NCBI GenBank assembly: GCA_036677665.1
Contig: JAVBVX010000038.1
Coordinates: forward strand, 112,909 to 176,908
Origin: Clostridium sp.
GTDB taxonomy: Bacteria > Bacillota > Clostridia > Clostridiales > Clostridiaceae
Length of the DNA: 64,000 nt
Direction: 5' to 3'
Part shown: one piece after another, positions 31,201-40,449 of the stretch
Layout: the number at the start of each line of letters is the position of its first letter
Numbering within the stretch: the first letter of the stretch is position 1
Translations under genes and position numbers: made by a program
The notes under the pieces: generated by a model
What the model saw: only the letters and a program-made list of their open reading frames with translations
Databases searched by the model: none
Told to the model about the DNA's origin: nothing

Positions 31201-32040
31201 TTCAGTAGCTGTTTTAAGATTATCCCAAGAAGAGTCACAACTTAATATTAAATCATTTATCATGGCTAGTTCATCTTCAAAGTTCTCTAGATATGTGTCT
31301 AAGCCTCCTGTACTATTTATTATATCTATAGCACTTTCCATTAGACCTTTAAGCCCCATAAGTTCAATTTTTATATCTTCCATTATGACTTTTGCCCATT
31401 TAGAACCACCAAAATCATAGGACTCTTCTACATCAAAATCACTTGCCATAGAATTTAAGGTTTCTTTTGGATTTGGAGAACTCATTACAAAATTATATAA
31501 ATCTAATACAATGTTTTGAAGAGCAAAATCATCTCTGTTGTTGCTGTAAAACTCAACTAAGTCTAAAAATTCCTTGCTGCAACTTTCAACTTCATATAAC
31601 TCTTCAAACATCTCCTCTATGACTTCACTTTTAAGTAAAATAGTTTCTGTAGTATCGCCTACTCTAAAGCTCGGATCTATATCTAAATAGTGAAAATTAC
31701 TTCTTATTACCTCTAAACAAAAAGAATGAATTGTAGTTATACTAGCTCTGTTTAGCAGAGTTAATTGTCTTTGAAGCTGAACTGACTTTGGATACTTTAT
31801 AAGTTCATCACTAATAGACTTTGCTATTCTCTCCTTCATCTCAGCGGCAGCTGCATTAGTAAAGGTTACAACTAAAAGCCTATCAATATCTATTGGATTT
31901 TTTATATCTGTTACCATCTTTATTATTCTCTCTACTAAAACTGCTGTCTTTCCTGAGCCTGCCGCTGCAGCAACAAGTAGATTACACCCATGAGTATCAA
32001 TGGCAGCCTGTTGTTCCTTGGTCCATCTTACCTCCTCCAA
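28288..32040 (-). CDS. addA: ATP-dependent helicase/nuclease subunit A
   Basis: UvrD-type motifs AAAGSGKTAVLVERI, VDEYQDSN and VMSIHKSKGLEF, plus a C-terminal RecB nuclease motif GIIDCY...VDYKTD. Confidence 0.95.
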   Translation of the reverse strand: MEEVRWTKEQQAAIDTHGCNLLVAAAAGSGKTAVLVERIIKMVTDIKNPIDIDRLLVVTFTNAAAAEMKERIAKSISDELIKYPKSVQLQRQLTLLNRASITTIHSFCLEVIRSNFHYLDIDPSFRVGDTTETILLKSEVIEEMFEELYEVESCSKEFLDLVEFYSNNRDDFALQNIVLDLYNFVMSSPNPKETLNSMASDFDVEESYDFGGSKWAKVIMEDIKIELMGLKGLMESAIDIINSTGGLDTYLENFEDELAMINDLILSCDSSWDNLKTATEATDFKKLKACKNCKDKENQDIVKEIRNKVKKQIKEDMKQKLLLYAGEETTKDLRELYPIMKALSDLVINFMDRYGKAKRERGIIDFNDFEHFCLHILSMPEVASSLREKYIEILVDEYQDSNEVQEAIVNSIARKDEVTEKNINVFMVGDVKQSIYRFRQAKPELFLNKYNSYSLDEGEKERKITLFKNFRSRKEILDSVNFIFKQIMSVNIGELDYDDSEALNLGADYMEYSEKGSVVGGSIELNIIDKSSDEGQEVFVDNKEENFNEDEEVLSKIQIEARLVAKRINELINEREEETLKIYDKDIKGYRKVEYRDIVILLRSTSSWAPVFMDELKEYLVPAYADVGNGYFEALEIRTMLSLLQIIDNPRQDIPLIAILRSPIGAFTPEELIDIRLENKNGEFYEGLVKLSEREDVDAEESSLKDKCINFLKKLKVWRDESIHMPIDEFIWHLYTDTGYYGYVGALAGGIQRQANLRILFERARQYETTSYKGLFNFISFINKLKVSNGDMGSAKILGENENVVRIMSIHKSKGLEFPVVFLCALGKNFNMQDLNKRILFHNELGYGPDYINLDKRLSYPTALKQALKKKIKMETLSEEIRILYVALTRAKEKLIMVGGVNNIENYAKKWAYGLRDSSFKLTEYEVSKGKCYLDWIGPAVIRHKDGKMLREVAGIEEYNLINLLEDSSKWEIKFHNISDIINNEIENIEEHLPEEVVDIEETESKSKYHDEIKRRLEWEYEYTRAAQLPTLLTVTEVKRMHSRDMIRSLHNDYSQDIYTPSLVQRPAFMEKNKKLTGAEKGTAMHAVMQKLDFRGELSRESIKKQIEKLVAKELITEEQKESIDIEKILNFFSSEIGKRIIKSKYVYREVPFHIQLNSTEVFLDLPKDKYEDEYIMLQGIIDCYFEEDEGIVLVDYKTDYYKEGHGELVKERYKVQLDYYAKAIEVITSKKVKEKYLYLFYNNEELAMD

Positions 32041-32041
32041 A

Positions 32042-35000
32042 TCATTTCACCTCTTTTCTATCCTCTTCTTTTATTTCATGTTCTTTTCTTAATAATTCCC
32101 ATACTTCTTCGTCTTTCTTATCTTCAATAACCTTATAGTTATTGTCTTCAAATCCATTGTCAAATTGGCATATAGATGAATATAGACAGTAAATACAAGC
32201 AGAGAAATCCTTATTTTTATAAGGCTTAATTTTTATTTCTCCCTTTAGCATATTTTCACAAGCCTTCACTAGATTTTCCTTTACATGTTCTCTAAGCATT
32301 TTAAATTGTTCTTCCGTTCCAACAGAAGATTTTCCAAGGTTACCATCTTTATTAATTCTTGCTGGAATTATTAGTGATGCCCCTTCTATCTCTCTATCCA
32401 TTTCCTTTACAACTTCAGGATCTGCAATTAAAAGCCCTTTCATTTTTAGAGCCTTCATAATCTCTTTTTCTATTTCCTCATCTGATATACTTCTACTTCC
32501 CTTTATAATAGGATCATCTACCTTAAAATATAAGACCCCTCCCGGAATTACTTCATCTGTCATGTTAACTTCCTCATTTGAAAGTATTGCATCTAAATAT
32601 GTTAGAAGCTGCATTTGAAGTCCATAATATACGTCTGATAGCTTGAACTCTTTATTTCCAGATTTATAATCTATTATTCTATAATATTCCTTGCCCTGAA
32701 GTTCTAGTTTATCAACTCTATCAATTCTTCCTATAAGCTGAACCTTTTCTCCATTAGAAAGCTCTATATGAATAGGCGGATAAGCTTCCCCCTCACCAAA
32801 ACCTATTTCATATCCTATAGGCTGAAAACCACTTCTCTTTAGGTGTTCTACTATGATAAGAATAGCTTTAATGAGAACTCTCTTTAATCTTTCTGTGAAG
32901 TATCTATACCTTGGAGAGCTATCAAATATTCCCTCTGATACCTCTTTAGACTTTTCATCTACAATTCTAGCTACAGTATCTCTACACCATGCCTCATCTA
33001 TTTCGTACCACTTAAGAGAATTTTCATCCACAGTTTTAGAAAACTCATCAATAACACTGTGCATAAATGTACCTAAGTCTGGAGCACTTATAGAAAAAAT
33101 TCTTCTTTCTTTTGCTTTTAATCCATATTGAACATAAAAAGCAAAAGGACACTCAGTATACTTTTCTATTCTAGATACACTAAAATATAATTTATTTCCA
33201 TATAATTTTCTTATCTTATCTTCTCTTATTTGCTCTACATCATTTGTATAAGCAGCCGCTGAAAAAATTACCTTTAATCTATCTTTCCAATCATTATTGG
33301 ATGAGTACCAATCAAAAACATCACTCCAAAGAGGGCTTGAGTTCTTATTATTATCTCTTCTCAGTATAGATACCAGTTTATTAAAAGTAGGAACTTCTCT
33401 TGAAACGTACTCAAGACTTTCTTCATCATTTCCTTCTACTATATCTCCCTCTTCTTTTACTTTATGAAATAGAGCCTTAAATCTTGATATAATAATAGAA
33501 GGTCTTAGGGCCTTCCCCTCAAAATCTCCAATAGAATAACATACTCTTAAATACTTTGAAGTAATAGTTAATGTTCTGTATATTAAATACTGTTCATTAA
33601 AGCTCTTAGACTTAGTATCTTCTGCAATTTCAATGTCTATTGTTCTAAGTTTATTTCTATCTGAATCCGTAAGTATTCCCTCGTCCTTTGATACCGCTGG
33701 AAAAACTCCATCATTAACTCCTAAAATATATAAAAGCTTAACTTCATGGGTTCTAACTCTCTCCACATCTGAAACTAGAACTTGATCAAGAGATGGTGGA
33801 ATAAGCCCCATCTTATGTTCACCAAACCCTAAGGATAGAATCTTTGTGAACTCCTTTAGCTCAAGTTTTTCTTCTTTAAATATGTCTACTACTTGATCTA
33901 AAAGCTCTATAACCATATTCCAAATCTGACTATACTCCATTGCCAGGACTTGATTTCCTTCTTCTTTAAACTTTCTAACCCATATCTCTATTATTTTGTT
34001 AGCTTCAATTTCACATAAAAAATTATATAAGGCAGTACATATTTCCTCTACATTCTTTTTACCCTTTAAATCTTCACTAAGTTTATTTAAAGGTTTAGTA
34101 ACTTGAAGCTTTATATTATTTACCCTATTACAAAGTTCCTCGTTTCCATATTCCCAAAGGTTATTCCATTTGTTTTTTCCTCTTATTCCATAAGCCATTA
34201 CATAGTTCTCTAGAATATCTATATCTTCCTTATTAATATTTATAAGTCCTGACTTTAGATATCTAAACACAGTCTCATAAGACCAATTTCTATTGAGGAC
34301 TTCTAGTGCAGAAGTTATTAATACTATAAGAGGGTTATCATCTATTTCATGTTTGTTATCTATAAAATAGGGAATTTCATATTCATGAAATATTGTCTTT
34401 ACTATCTTTTCATAAGCTCCTAAATCTCTGGTTATAACTGCTATATCCCTAAACCTCAGCTTTTCTTCTCTTGCCATTTTAATAATATCCATAGCTACTT
34501 TCTCTACTTCAGCATATTGATTTAGCCCTCTAATTATTTTAATATCCTCTGTTTTCTCTTTATATTGTTCATAGGGATACTTGAAATAATTTGCTTCTAA
34601 ATATTTAATTTCCATGCTACCTTTAAATCTATCATTACATGTACTTTCTGATATTTTATCTTCTTCAATAGCATAATTATTTTCACCTGCAATACTACGT
34701 AGTCTTTGCTCTGTATTTTTAACTGGAGCAAAAACATCTGTGCTATCCATTTCATTATGGGAATCCATACAAAGGGTTATATTTACTCTTTTTACTTTTC
34801 CTAAAAGTCTTTCTATGACCTTATACTGCTGGGGAGTGAAGGAGGTGAATTCATCAAACCATATCTCTGCTTCATTAAATAGAGTAGACTCTTCCAATTT
34901 GTGATAAAGCATAGATAGTTCATCTTCACTATCTATGTAGTTTTTATGTAAACTTTTTTCAAACTCTGCAAAAATCTTAATTATATCCGAAATCTTATCT

Positions 35001-35458
35001 TTTAATAATCTATCATCGTTAATTAGACTTAGTGAGTTTTCAAGCTCTTCTGGAGTAATATCATATCTTTTAAATTCTGTAATAATATCTGACACTGTAG
35101 TTACAAATCCATGTTGATCTGCAGCTGCTCCAAAAAGCTTAAGTTCCTCCTTTAATCTATTCATAATACTAAAGATTAACATAAGCTTACCTGAAGAATC
35201 CATCCGACTTCTGGTTGCCCCTCCAACCTCATTAAACACCTTATATGCCATTCTCTCAAAGCTAGTAACTTCTACATTTATAATTCCTGTACCTTTAATA
35301 GCTTTTACAACACTTTTTTCAGCTTGAAATGAGAACTGTTCTGGAACAACTAAAATTAATGGTTTCTCTTCTCCATCTTCTAATCTCTTTCTTATTTCCC
35401 CTACGCATTGTGCACTCTTTCCACAACCTGCACGGCCATAAATAAGTCTTAAACTCAT
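32042..35458 (-). CDS. addB: ATP-dependent helicase/deoxyribonuclease subunit B
   Basis: Walker A GRAGCGKS, the nuclease motif GRIDRVD...IIDYKSG, and C-terminal Fe-S cysteines (C...CIYC...C). Confidence 0.95.
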   Translation of the reverse strand: MSLRLIYGRAGCGKSAQCVGEIRKRLEDGEEKPLILVVPEQFSFQAEKSVVKAIKGTGIINVEVTSFERMAYKVFNEVGGATRSRMDSSGKLMLIFSIMNRLKEELKLFGAAADQHGFVTTVSDIITEFKRYDITPEELENSLSLINDDRLLKDKISDIIKIFAEFEKSLHKNYIDSEDELSMLYHKLEESTLFNEAEIWFDEFTSFTPQQYKVIERLLGKVKRVNITLCMDSHNEMDSTDVFAPVKNTEQRLRSIAGENNYAIEEDKISESTCNDRFKGSMEIKYLEANYFKYPYEQYKEKTEDIKIIRGLNQYAEVEKVAMDIIKMAREEKLRFRDIAVITRDLGAYEKIVKTIFHEYEIPYFIDNKHEIDDNPLIVLITSALEVLNRNWSYETVFRYLKSGLININKEDIDILENYVMAYGIRGKNKWNNLWEYGNEELCNRVNNIKLQVTKPLNKLSEDLKGKKNVEEICTALYNFLCEIEANKIIEIWVRKFKEEGNQVLAMEYSQIWNMVIELLDQVVDIFKEEKLELKEFTKILSLGFGEHKMGLIPPSLDQVLVSDVERVRTHEVKLLYILGVNDGVFPAVSKDEGILTDSDRNKLRTIDIEIAEDTKSKSFNEQYLIYRTLTITSKYLRVCYSIGDFEGKALRPSIIISRFKALFHKVKEEGDIVEGNDEESLEYVSREVPTFNKLVSILRRDNNKNSSPLWSDVFDWYSSNNDWKDRLKVIFSAAAYTNDVEQIREDKIRKLYGNKLYFSVSRIEKYTECPFAFYVQYGLKAKERRIFSISAPDLGTFMHSVIDEFSKTVDENSLKWYEIDEAWCRDTVARIVDEKSKEVSEGIFDSSPRYRYFTERLKRVLIKAILIIVEHLKRSGFQPIGYEIGFGEGEAYPPIHIELSNGEKVQLIGRIDRVDKLELQGKEYYRIIDYKSGNKEFKLSDVYYGLQMQLLTYLDAILSNEEVNMTDEVIPGGVLYFKVDDPIIKGSRSISDEEIEKEIMKALKMKGLLIADPEVVKEMDREIEGASLIIPARINKDGNLGKSSVGTEEQFKMLREHVKENLVKACENMLKGEIKIKPYKNKDFSACIYCLYSSICQFDNGFEDNNYKVIEDKKDEEVWELLRKEHEIKEEDRKEVK

Positions 35459-36322
35459 TTAACTCTTCACCACCCTATCTAAAAACTCTCCTACTCTTCT
35501 ATCATACTCTTCAATATTATTTGAAAAAGCTTCTGCATGATGAGAATTAGGAGCAATATATATTTCCTTAATTCCCTTCTTTACATTATACATCTCTTCA
35601 CTCATATAAGTTGGAACATAGTCATCTGCTTTTCCATGTATAAACATTACCGGGGTATCTACTTCACCTAATTTCTTTATTGGAGATACCTCTTTAAAGT
35701 TCCATCCAGCTCTTATCTTAACTATCATACTGATTAATGGCATTAAACAGCATAACCACTCATACTTATATCGTTTTATTAGTTGGTACCTCATAAGTTT
35801 AGTAACATCTGAATAAGCACAATCTGCAATACAAAATTTTATTCTAGAATCTATAGCTATATTTTGGAGAACAGTTCCTCCTCCCATTGACTCGCCATGG
35901 GTTCCAACTATGATATCATCCCCAAACCTATTTACTAGCCAGTCCGTCCATGCCTTTAAGTCATACTTTTCAAAATACCCAAAGGACACATCATTCCCTC
36001 CACTTAATCCATGATATCTATTATCATAAACTAAAACATTAAAATCTCTTTTTAAAAATATGTGCATATATTTCATAGAGTTATATATACAGCACTTAAA
36101 CCCATGACATATAATAATAAATTTTTTTGTATTTTTATTAGGAAAAAAAACTCCATACATCTTATATCCATAGGAGGAATCTATATATACTTCTTCTTTA
36201 TCTAAATCAGTTGTAACTTCCTCACAAAGATGCTTTTCAGGATGTATAATTTTATTTGACAATTTCATGCAAACCAAAATAATACCTAACACAATAACAA
36301 GAAACAAACTAAATACCCACAT
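35459..36322 (-). CDS. alpha/beta hydrolase with N-terminal membrane anchor
   Basis: Nucleophile elbow GESMGG, later HGKADDYV and H near the C-terminus. Its stop abuts the addB ATG (TAAATG). Confidence 0.8.
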   Translation of the reverse strand: MWVFSLFLVIVLGIILVCMKLSNKIIHPEKHLCEEVTTDLDKEEVYIDSSYGYKMYGVFFPNKNTKKFIIICHGFKCCIYNSMKYMHIFLKRDFNVLVYDNRYHGLSGGNDVSFGYFEKYDLKAWTDWLVNRFGDDIIVGTHGESMGGGTVLQNIAIDSRIKFCIADCAYSDVTKLMRYQLIKRYKYEWLCCLMPLISMIVKIRAGWNFKEVSPIKKLGEVDTPVMFIHGKADDYVPTYMSEEMYNVKKGIKEIYIAPNSHHAEAFSNNIEEYDRRVGEFLDRVVKS

Positions 36323-36498
36323 TTTCTTATACTCCTTTATAGTTCTTTTTTAATAATACCCTTTAATTTATTGGATATCAACTTTAAGAACCTCTTAAAT
36401 TAATATAACTTATAAGGTATAATTCTATCCTAAAACTATCCTTAAATAACAAATTTAATTATTAAAACATCTTCACAAGGTTGCAAATGAATTTTAAA

Positions 36499-36560
36499 AT
36501 CAAAAAAAGTATTAATACTAAATTTAAAATACAGCTAAATAAATTTAGTATTAATACTTT
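36499..36560 (-). terminator. very strong terminator (20-bp perfect inverted repeat) ending the cob operon
   Basis: aaagtattaatactaaattt (36506-36525) and its perfect reverse complement (36541-36560), with a 15-nt loop and T7 on the minus strand. Confidence 0.8.
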
Positions 36561-37310
36561 TTAACCTTTAAATCTATAATATATATCTACCTTTTTCTCT
36601 CTTAGTGCCTTATTTTCCGAGATAACAATTTTATCTACTAAAGCCTCAATAAACTCCCTGTTAATATCCTTAAAGCCTAGTATCTTGTCCACTTCTTCTT
36701 TGCAGATTTGATAGTATATTTCACTTTCATCTTCATTTTTTAATTTTAAACTCTCTACATTCCCTTGTTTTATTATTAAAAACTGTTGTTTCTTCTGTAA
36801 AGCTCTCATCAAGTTTTCAAAATTTCTATAGCTTGTTATACCACTTATCTCCTCAGAATACATCACTTCAAATTGGCTCTCTATCTTTTGTAACTCTCTT
36901 TGAATCTTTTTAAGTTCTTTTTTATAAGCATCTGCTGTTATAGCCTTCTTGTTTTCCATTTTATATAACTCTTCTATATCTATATTATTTTCTAAACAAT
37001 CTGTAATACTTTCTTTTATAGCTTCTAATAAATATTCTTCTTTAATAGAATGTGATGTACATCTTCCCCTTATTTTTTGACTGTTTGCACACTTATATCC
37101 TTTATACCTCTCGTTATAAAACATATTTCCACCACATTCATTACATTTGAGAACTCCTTTAAATATGTGAATTTCTCTATTACTTTGCTTAAAGGTCTTT
37201 TCTAATTCTTTTTTATCTATTGATATTCTTGTAGTAACTAACTTTTTTATGATTTCATTTAATTCTCTCTTATCATAATTGTACATTATTTCTATTTTAT
37301 CTTGAATCAT
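36561..37310 (-). CDS. N-terminally truncated large serine recombinase (zinc beta-ribbon + coiled-coil C-terminal part only)
   Basis: CNECGGNMFYNERYKGYKCANSQKIRGRCTSHSIKEEYL is the recombinase zinc-ribbon motif. No resolvase catalytic domain precedes it. The ATG at 37310 follows GGAGGAG; the track's TTG start at 37382 lies 3 nt after the pduX stop. Confidence 0.7.
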   Translation of the reverse strand: MIQDKIEIMYNYDKRELNEIIKKLVTTRISIDKKELEKTFKQSNREIHIFKGVLKCNECGGNMFYNERYKGYKCANSQKIRGRCTSHSIKEEYLLEAIKESITDCLENNIDIEELYKMENKKAITADAYKKELKKIQRELQKIESQFEVMYSEEISGITSYRNFENLMRALQKKQQFLIIKQGNVESLKLKNEDESEIYYQICKEEVDKILGFKDINREFIEALVDKIVISENKALREKKVDIYYRFKG

Positions 37311-37385
37311 AGTCTCCTCCAGCATATTGTTTTTACCATTATATATATGCTGAAAACCTTTAACTATTTCCAAAATTTTCAATAC

Positions 37386-38219
37386 TTATTCTATACTCTC
37401 TAGAGTTTTTATAGTATAAAACTTATAGAAATTCTTCTTTTTAATGAAGTTAATTGCTTGCTTTAATTTTTCTTCATCTTCATATATTATTCCTAGTACA
37501 TTACCGCTATGTGCTCCTATAATTCCAAGTCCTGAAGTGTGTTCCTTTATATTTTCAATATAACTTATCCATTCATAGTTAAGTCTATTCTGATTTCTCT
37601 TTATACTCTCTTCAGAAACGTAAGCAAACTTTTCTAAATTATTTTCTGATACTCCTTCTTTTAATATAGTAAAAAGATCAGTTGTATCACTTAAATCAGG
37701 TAACTTCCTATTATTAAACTCCACAGTATTTATCTTATCTTTTCCTTCAAAAGCTAATATATTATATCTTAGATACTTACCTACTTTTTCTTTATAAAGG
37801 CCTTTCTTATAATCAAATAAGGTCATTTCTTTAAATATTATGCTATCAGTAGGCTCTATGTTTATGCACTCTCTAATAAGCTCTTCTTCATTAAAATCTT
37901 TTTCAAACATCTTTAAAAGAGAATAATATGTAGCGCAAAGGTCTGCAGTACTGCTAGCCATACCTTTTCCAGTAGGGATTTTAGAAAAGATATTAATATC
38001 TAAGCTTTTATAATACTCTTCATAATTCCATCCTTTTAAAATATTATATAAGAATCTATCAGCCTTAACCCATTTACACTTTCTATAAGGCTTTCTACTT
38101 TCAAATAGTTTTACAGTTGTATAAACATTTATAGGACAGGATAAGAGCATATCTTTATTGTTAATTTTTCCTTGAATCACTTCTCCAAAACTTCCCGGAT
38201 ACCTTGTAATAACCTTCAT
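37386..38219 (-). CDS. pduX: GHMP-family L-threonine kinase (cobalamin biosynthesis)
   Basis: FGEVIQG...LLSCPINVYTTV, GKGMASSTADLCAT, IEPTDSIIF and GAHSGNVLG parallel remembered Salmonella PduX. Confidence 0.8.
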   Translation of the reverse strand: MKVITRYPGSFGEVIQGKINNKDMLLSCPINVYTTVKLFESRKPYRKCKWVKADRFLYNILKGWNYEEYYKSLDINIFSKIPTGKGMASSTADLCATYYSLLKMFEKDFNEEELIRECINIEPTDSIIFKEMTLFDYKKGLYKEKVGKYLRYNILAFEGKDKINTVEFNNRKLPDLSDTTDLFTILKEGVSENNLEKFAYVSEESIKRNQNRLNYEWISYIENIKEHTSGLGIIGAHSGNVLGIIYEDEEKLKQAINFIKKKNFYKFYTIKTLESIE

Positions 38220-38762
38220 TTAAAACTCAATTCCTGCCCTTACACGAACTCCCTGTTCCATGTAGTGCTTTATTTCTTTCATTTCTGTTACTAGATCTGC
38301 TCTATCTTTAATTGAATCTGGAACATTTCTTCCTGTTAGAATTAGTTCCATGTTAACAGGCTTATTATCTATAAGTTTTATAACCTCTTCCTCACTTAAA
38401 AGCTTATTCCATAAAACTCCCATTATTTCATCTAAGATAAATACATCACAGCTATTATTTTTAATTACTTCCATAGCAAAATTATACGCTTCTTTCACTT
38501 CTTCCTGTAAAGTTATCCTTTCTTCTTCAGTAAGATTCCAAAAGAAACCTTTTTTACTCTCAAATCTAAAAATCTGAAAGTCCTCTCCGATTAGCTTTGC
38601 AACCTCTAGTTCTCCCGTTGGGTGAGTTTTAAGAAACTGGAGCATATATACCTTTAAACCATTTCCAACTGCTCTTATTGCTTGCCCTACTGCCGCTGTT
38701 GTCTTGCCTTTTCCGTTACCTGTATATACTTGAACATATCCTTTTTCCAATTTTTTTATCAT
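38220..38762 (-). CDS. cobO: cob(I)yrinic acid a,c-diamide adenosyltransferase
   Basis: GYVQVYTGNGKGKTTAAVGQAIRAVG...LQFLK is typical of CobA/CobO/BtuR. Confidence 0.9.
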   Translation of the reverse strand: MIKKLEKGYVQVYTGNGKGKTTAAVGQAIRAVGNGLKVYMLQFLKTHPTGELEVAKLIGEDFQIFRFESKKGFFWNLTEEERITLQEEVKEAYNFAMEVIKNNSCDVFILDEIMGVLWNKLLSEEEVIKLIDNKPVNMELILTGRNVPDSIKDRADLVTEMKEIKHYMEQGVRVRAGIEF

Positions 38763-38821
38763 TACTTCCCCTCCTTATCACTAGTATTTACATCTTCTGC
38801 AAAGCTACCCATCATTCTTAT

Positions 38822-39898
38822 TTATCTAATATCAACAAATTTATCCTTTGACTCATCGCTTATACCTACATTTTCAAAAGTAGCCATATTATTAGCTACA
38901 TGAAGTGCTGCTTCTATAATATTAAAAGCAAGGGGACATCCACTACCTTCTCCAAGTCTCATATTTAAATGAAGAATAGGCTCAAGTCCTATATAGTTAA
39001 ACACATAATTAACAGCTTTTTCATCTGACTTATGGGATGTAAACATATAATTTTTACATTCTGGTTTTAAAATATATGCACAAAGGGCTGCTGCACATGA
39101 GATAACTCCATCTATAACTATTGGTTTTTTATTCTTAGCTGCTGATAAAAAGCATCCGCACATTCCAGCAATATCAAATCCTCCAACTTTACCCACCACA
39201 TCAATAACATCCTCTTTATTAGGATTATTAACCTCTAAAGCTGTTTTTAAAACATTCTTCTTTACTGTAAACTGTTCCTCAGTTAGTCCAGCACCTCTAC
39301 CAACTATTTCTTCTATATTTACATCTAAAAGTGAAGCTATAATAGTTGCACTAGTAGATGTATTTCCAATACCCATTTCTCCAGTTCCAAACAAGTCATA
39401 ACCCTCATTACATAGCTTGTCCGTAATTTCTATACCAGTTTCTATTGCTTTTATGGCTTCTTCCCTAGTCATAGCTGGTCCCTTGCACATATTTGCTGTA
39501 CCATTAGCCACTTTTCTCTTTATTACCTTAGGGTTTGCAATTTCTCCTTTAACTCCAATATCAACAACAGTTAACTCTGCATTAGCAAAGGAAGCTAAAA
39601 CCCCAACACCAGTTTTCATTTCTGGAATACTATTTGTCATAACTTCAGTAATTATTTGATCGACACAACTCACCCCATCTTCACATACACCATTATCAGA
39701 ACACATAACAATTATATTTCTCTTCTTTACCTCATTAAAAACCTTTCCTGTAATTCCAGCAAACCTTGCTGCAATCTCTTCAAGTTTTCCAAGACTCCCA
39801 AGCGGTTTAGTAAGATTATCAATATGCTTCCATGCTCTTTCCATTGCCACATTGTCCACTCCACTTATGCTTTCAATTGTATCCTTTAATAAATTCAT
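38822..39898 (-). CDS. cobT: nicotinate-nucleotide--dimethylbenzimidazole phosphoribosyltransferase
   Basis: LTKPLGSLGKLEE, GEMGIGNTS and MRLGEGSG are CobT motifs. Confidence 0.92.
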   Translation of the reverse strand: MNLLKDTIESISGVDNVAMERAWKHIDNLTKPLGSLGKLEEIAARFAGITGKVFNEVKKRNIIVMCSDNGVCEDGVSCVDQIITEVMTNSIPEMKTGVGVLASFANAELTVVDIGVKGEIANPKVIKRKVANGTANMCKGPAMTREEAIKAIETGIEITDKLCNEGYDLFGTGEMGIGNTSTSATIIASLLDVNIEEIVGRGAGLTEEQFTVKKNVLKTALEVNNPNKEDVIDVVGKVGGFDIAGMCGCFLSAAKNKKPIVIDGVISCAAALCAYILKPECKNYMFTSHKSDEKAVNYVFNYIGLEPILHLNMRLGEGSGCPLAFNIIEAALHVANNMATFENVGISDESKDKFVDIR

Positions 39899-39993
39899 AT
39901 TATTTTCCTCCTCTTAATTCTCTTTCAAATACCCTTCTACTTTGTTACCATTTTTAAAATCTAGTGCAAATCTTAAAATCTGCTTAAAAGGAA

Positions 39994-40295
39994 AGTGGCA
40001 GTACGCTTTATCCGTACTGCCACTAGAATTAACTTATAACTAAAAAATAAACATCTTAGAGTGAAATAAAACTAAAATGCTCTATCTTTAATAAATATGT
40101 ATATTCTAATAGACCTTCCCTCCGAAAGCATATTTAAGACTAATTTTAGGCAGGTCTCCTGACTTATGAATCTTCCTCATCTTTTCCTTCCCCTATAGTT
40201 AGAGTGGATCCCAAAGATTTGTCATCAAATACAGTAGCGGGGGCTGTTGCGGATTTTAACCGCATTTCCTTTTCACTTTGTTCATAAAAAAGCAC
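39994..40295 (-). promoter_or_regulatory. cobalamin (AdoCbl) riboswitch with terminator-type expression platform
   Basis: The minus strand reads agtgaaaaggaaatgcggttaaaatccgcaacagcccccgctactgta ... ccactct..ggggaaggaaaag ... B12 box agtcaggagacctgcc (40149-40165). A 12-bp hairpin agtggcagtacg/cgtactgccact (39994-40024) and a T-rich tail follow, just upstream of cobT. Confidence 0.9.
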
Positions 40296-40415
40296 CTAAA
40301 ATTCATATTATGTTTTGTTAGTTTTATTAATTATGAAACTCCTTCTCATTGCTAGAATGAGTACTCTACTGAGTAAGGCACTCACTTCAAATCATAGATT
40401 TAGGATGTCTGCTTA

Positions 40416-40444
40416 AGTATAATTTTTTTTCTCTATATTGTCAA
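40416..40444 (-). promoter_or_regulatory. sigma-A type promoter for the riboswitch-cobT operon
   Basis: TTGACA (40439-40444), 17-nt spacer, TATACT (40416-40421) on the minus strand. Confidence 0.55.
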
Positions 40445-40449
40445 ATAAT

